NCBI GenBank assembly: GCA_965237485.1
Contig: CBDEFQ010000006.1
Span: forward strand, 13,407-77,406
Direction of reading: 5' to 3'
DNA length: 64,000 bases
Origin: Candidatus Poriferihabitaceae bacterium
GTDB taxonomy: Bacteria > Pseudomonadota > Gammaproteobacteria > Arenicellales > Poriferihabitantaceae
In this document: in pieces, positions 61,691 to 64,000 of the stretch
Numbering within the stretch: position 1 is the first letter of the stretch
How the letters are laid out: each line of letters begins with the position of its first letter
Made by a program: the position numbers and the translations under genes
Notes under the pieces: model-generated
Told to the model about the DNA's origin: nothing
Database searches by the model: none
The model's input: the letters and a program-made list of their open reading frames with translations, nothing else

Positions 61691-62515
61691 ATGATTAATA
61701 AAAGCAATAAACTATCGTTAGTTCGTCAGTGTAAATTGTTGAAGATTCATCGTTCCCATGTTTATTACAAAACCTCACCTGCTAATGAGGATGACTTGGA
61801 ACTGATGCATCTGATTGATCGCATTCACCTCAATCGGCCCTTTCTTGGCAGTAGACGCATTCGTGATGTGTTGCAAGATGTAGGCCACCGAGTTGACCGT
61901 AAACATGTGCGACGCTTAATGCGTAAGATGGGCATTAAAGCCATCTATCCTAGGCCTAACACCAGCAAGAAGAAGGCGGGGCACAAGATTTATCCTTATC
62001 TGCTAGGTGGGTTGGCCATCAATCAACCCAATCAAGCTTGGTGTACCGATATAACTTATATCCCGATGCCTAAGGGCTTTGCTTATCTTACCGTTGTGAT
62101 GGATTGGTATTCTCGTAAAGTGCTGTCATGGCGGCTTAGCAACAGCATGGATAGCGCATTCTGCGTAGATGCTTTGGAAGAGGCACTGCATTACTACGGC
62201 AAGCCTGATATCTTTAACAGCGATCAAGGTGCGCAATTTACCAGTGAGGCGTTTACCGGTGTACTCAAAGACAATGGTATTCGCATCAGCATGGATGGCA
62301 AAGGTGCTTGGCGTGACAATGTATTTGTTGAGCGCTTATGGCGCAGCGTGAAATATGAGGAAGTCTATTTGCAAGCCTACCAATCGATGAAAGAGGCAAA
62401 AGACGGCATTGGCTCCTGGATAAACTATTACAACCAAGAGCGTAAACATCAAACATTGGGCATGGTCCCTGACATGATGTATGATCCATGTCGCGGCCTG
62501 AAATTGGCTGCTTAA
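61691..62515 (+). CDS. IS3-A OrfB
   Basis: 274 aa, identical to copies A and B. Confidence 0.9.
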   Translation: MINKSNKLSLVRQCKLLKIHRSHVYYKTSPANEDDLELMHLIDRIHLNRPFLGSRRIRDVLQDVGHRVDRKHVRRLMRKMGIKAIYPRPNTSKKKAGHKIYPYLLGGLAINQPNQAWCTDITYIPMPKGFAYLTVVMDWYSRKVLSWRLSNSMDSAFCVDALEEALHYYGKPDIFNSDQGAQFTSEAFTGVLKDNGIRISMDGKGAWRDNVFVERLWRSVKYEEVYLQAYQSMKEAKDGIGSWINYYNQERKHQTLGMVPDMMYDPCRGLKLAA

Positions 62516-63648
62516 TCAGCTGAAAATAACTCCTAAGCCATCTGTCCTAAAAAGCGGGTCCACTTCTTGTTATGCAGAGCTGCTTTTGCTTTGGGCTGCA
62601 CCGATTTAGGCAGCTTGTTCAGCACGTTGGCCGTTTTATGCACCCAACACCGTTGATGTTTAGTGCCAGGATAGACTTCTTCCAGGGCATTCCAAAAGCC
62701 TAAAGCACCATCACCGATGCCCCGCTCTGGTTGATTCAGGCCTCGCTCCTTGAGTGCCAACAACACCTCTCGCCAACTCTGCGTAGACTCTCGCTCACCG
62801 TCTTCAATCGCCAGTAATTTCTTGTGACCGCGCTCATTCACTCCGATGACAACTAAGGCACAGAGCCGGCCCTCATCGCCGCGCAGGCCGCTGTGTATCC
62901 CGTCCGCCCATAGATAAACCCATCGATCTCGATCTAAACCTTCTCTATTCCAATCCTTGTACTCCTGAGACCACGTTGCTTTGAGCTTACTCACTGTGCT
63001 TGATGATAACCCAGTCGCTGATTGACCCACTAGCACGCTCAGTGCATCCCCCATTTCTCCAGTGCTGACACCCTTGAGATACAGCCAAGACAAGGCCGCT
63101 TCTAGTGTTCTCGTTTTACGCACATACGGCGGCACTAAAGCAGATCGAAAGGTGATCGGTACTCCAGTGCGGGAGCGCACCTTGGGGATACGTACTTTGA
63201 CTGGGCCGATCCCGGTTTGCAGTTCACGTTCTGGCAAATAGCCGTTACGAACGACACCAGCGTGTCCTGAATCTGAGACTTTGTCACAATTGCGATACAG
63301 CAGTTCAGATAACTCACTCTCGATCGCGGTTTGAATGAGTTGCCTAGCGCCATTGCGAATCAATTCTTGCAGCGGATCGATGCTTTGCTCTGGCTTTTCA
63401 AAGGAAATAATTTTATTCTGTTTCATAGTGGCGTATGTCTGTGGAAGTTTAAGTTGTTGTAAACTCAATTCATCCCGATACGCCGCTTTTAGTCAACTAC
63501 TCCATACACCACTTTCAGGCATAACTCCAAAAGATTATCTGTTATTCAACTTCAATAACAGTGCGTCATCGTCATTTAAATTGTACGATGAGATACATTG
63601 TAAATGACAAGAAGCTGGAATGTGCTGTGGAATTTATATGCCTCTAAA

Positions 63649-63983
63649 TCAAGTCTCCCTTTTTAAAATGTAAACTACATCATTAGAATTAGCTCTATGA
63701 TCAATGTACTCCAATGTATCGCAATCAATGGGTTTGATGGTCGCCATTTTTAATCCAAGATATTCGACTAAAATATCATTCTTCGTCTGTATATATGAAA
63801 CTAACAATGGATTTAAAGGCACATTAAAATATGACATAGTTAGTGCGATTGAATCTGTATCAATAACTTTGATTTCAAACCCATCAATTTCAAACCCATC
63901 AATTGTTAATTCGTAAACGTATTTTCCAGCAAAGCAATTAAATTTATTGCTGAAGTAGTCTAATACTTGATACTGTAACTTCA
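63649..63983 (-). CDS. Hypothetical protein fragment in an AT-rich region, probably 5-prime truncated
   Basis: The minus-strand frame is open from the window end to the stop at 63649 (..LKLQYQVLDYFSNKFNCFAGKYVYELTIDGFEIDGFEIKVIDTDS...VVYILKRET). Bases 63984-63996 (GGTATGGACTTTT) match the IS256-like terminus seen at 19155 and 20913. Confidence 0.35.
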
Positions 63984-64000
63984 GGTATGGACTTTTATAT

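Larger units (their letters stand above)
61301..62567 (+). mobile_element. IS3-family element type A, copy D
   Basis: It has the same ends as the other copies. The TSD TGT lies at 61298-300 and 62568-70. Confidence 0.92.
60900..63426 (-). pseudogene. IS256-family (Mutator-like) transposase split by IS3-A copy D
   Basis: The N-terminal part runs from ATG 63426 (MKQNKIISFEKPEQ...CWVHKTANVLNKLPKSVQPKAKAALHN). The C-terminal part is IWQEETKEAA...IRTTNPIESTFATIRHRTKRCKG.. and ends at 60900. Confidence 0.85.
60864..63527 (-). mobile_element. IS256-family element 2, carrying IS3-A copy D
   Basis: IRs are GAGTTATGCCCGAATCTGGTGTATG and CATACACCACTTTCAGGCATAACTC. The 9-bp TSD CAAAAGATT lies at 60855-63 and 63528-36. 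Confidence 0.88.

Overview
This 64-kb window comes from an IS-saturated proteobacterial chromosome. The gene order looks gammaproteobacterial: rnpB next to mraZ, and hisI-hisE-tatABC together. Conserved core blocks alternate with two insertion-sequence graveyards.

Core blocks:
- 1.2-17.8 kb, minus strand: a complete dcw cluster, mraZ-rsmH-ftsL-ftsI-murE-murF-mraY-murD-ftsW-murG-murC-(murB-like)-ftsQ-ftsA-ftsZ, followed by RNase P RNA and a DUF1653 gene.
- 44.0-53.2 kb, plus strand: hisB-hisH-hisA-hisF-hisI-hisE-tatA-tatB-tatC, a secreted DUF255 thioredoxin-like protein, and proS.

Accessory regions (18.7-43.9 kb and 53.2-64 kb) hold at least 18 IS-derived segments from about 11 families, many nested inside each other:
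- four near-identical copies of one IS3-family element
- two copies of one IS4-family element
- IS5, IS21, IS66, IS110, IS256, IS1380-like and ISNCY-like elements
- one MITE

The cargo between these elements is mostly dead:
- a type IIS AlwI/BstNBI-family restriction gene split by an IS4 copy, next to an intact fused double adenine methyltransferase
- a frameshifted, IS-split FG-GAP repeat protein
- a frameshifted and truncated Sel1-repeat protein
- a truncated class III nucleotidyl cyclase

Only a LuxR-type response regulator plus EamA transporter islet looks intact.

I found no intact multi-gene system that I could defend as novel. The points most worth a second look are the degenerate, frameshifted murB homologue with no ddl in the dcw cluster, the staged decay of the R-M system, the IS5-derived MITE, and the IS junctions that lack target-site duplications, which mark rearrangement breakpoints. 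All coordinates, repeats and duplications were read by eye from the sequence. Family assignments rest on remembered motifs, not on searches.
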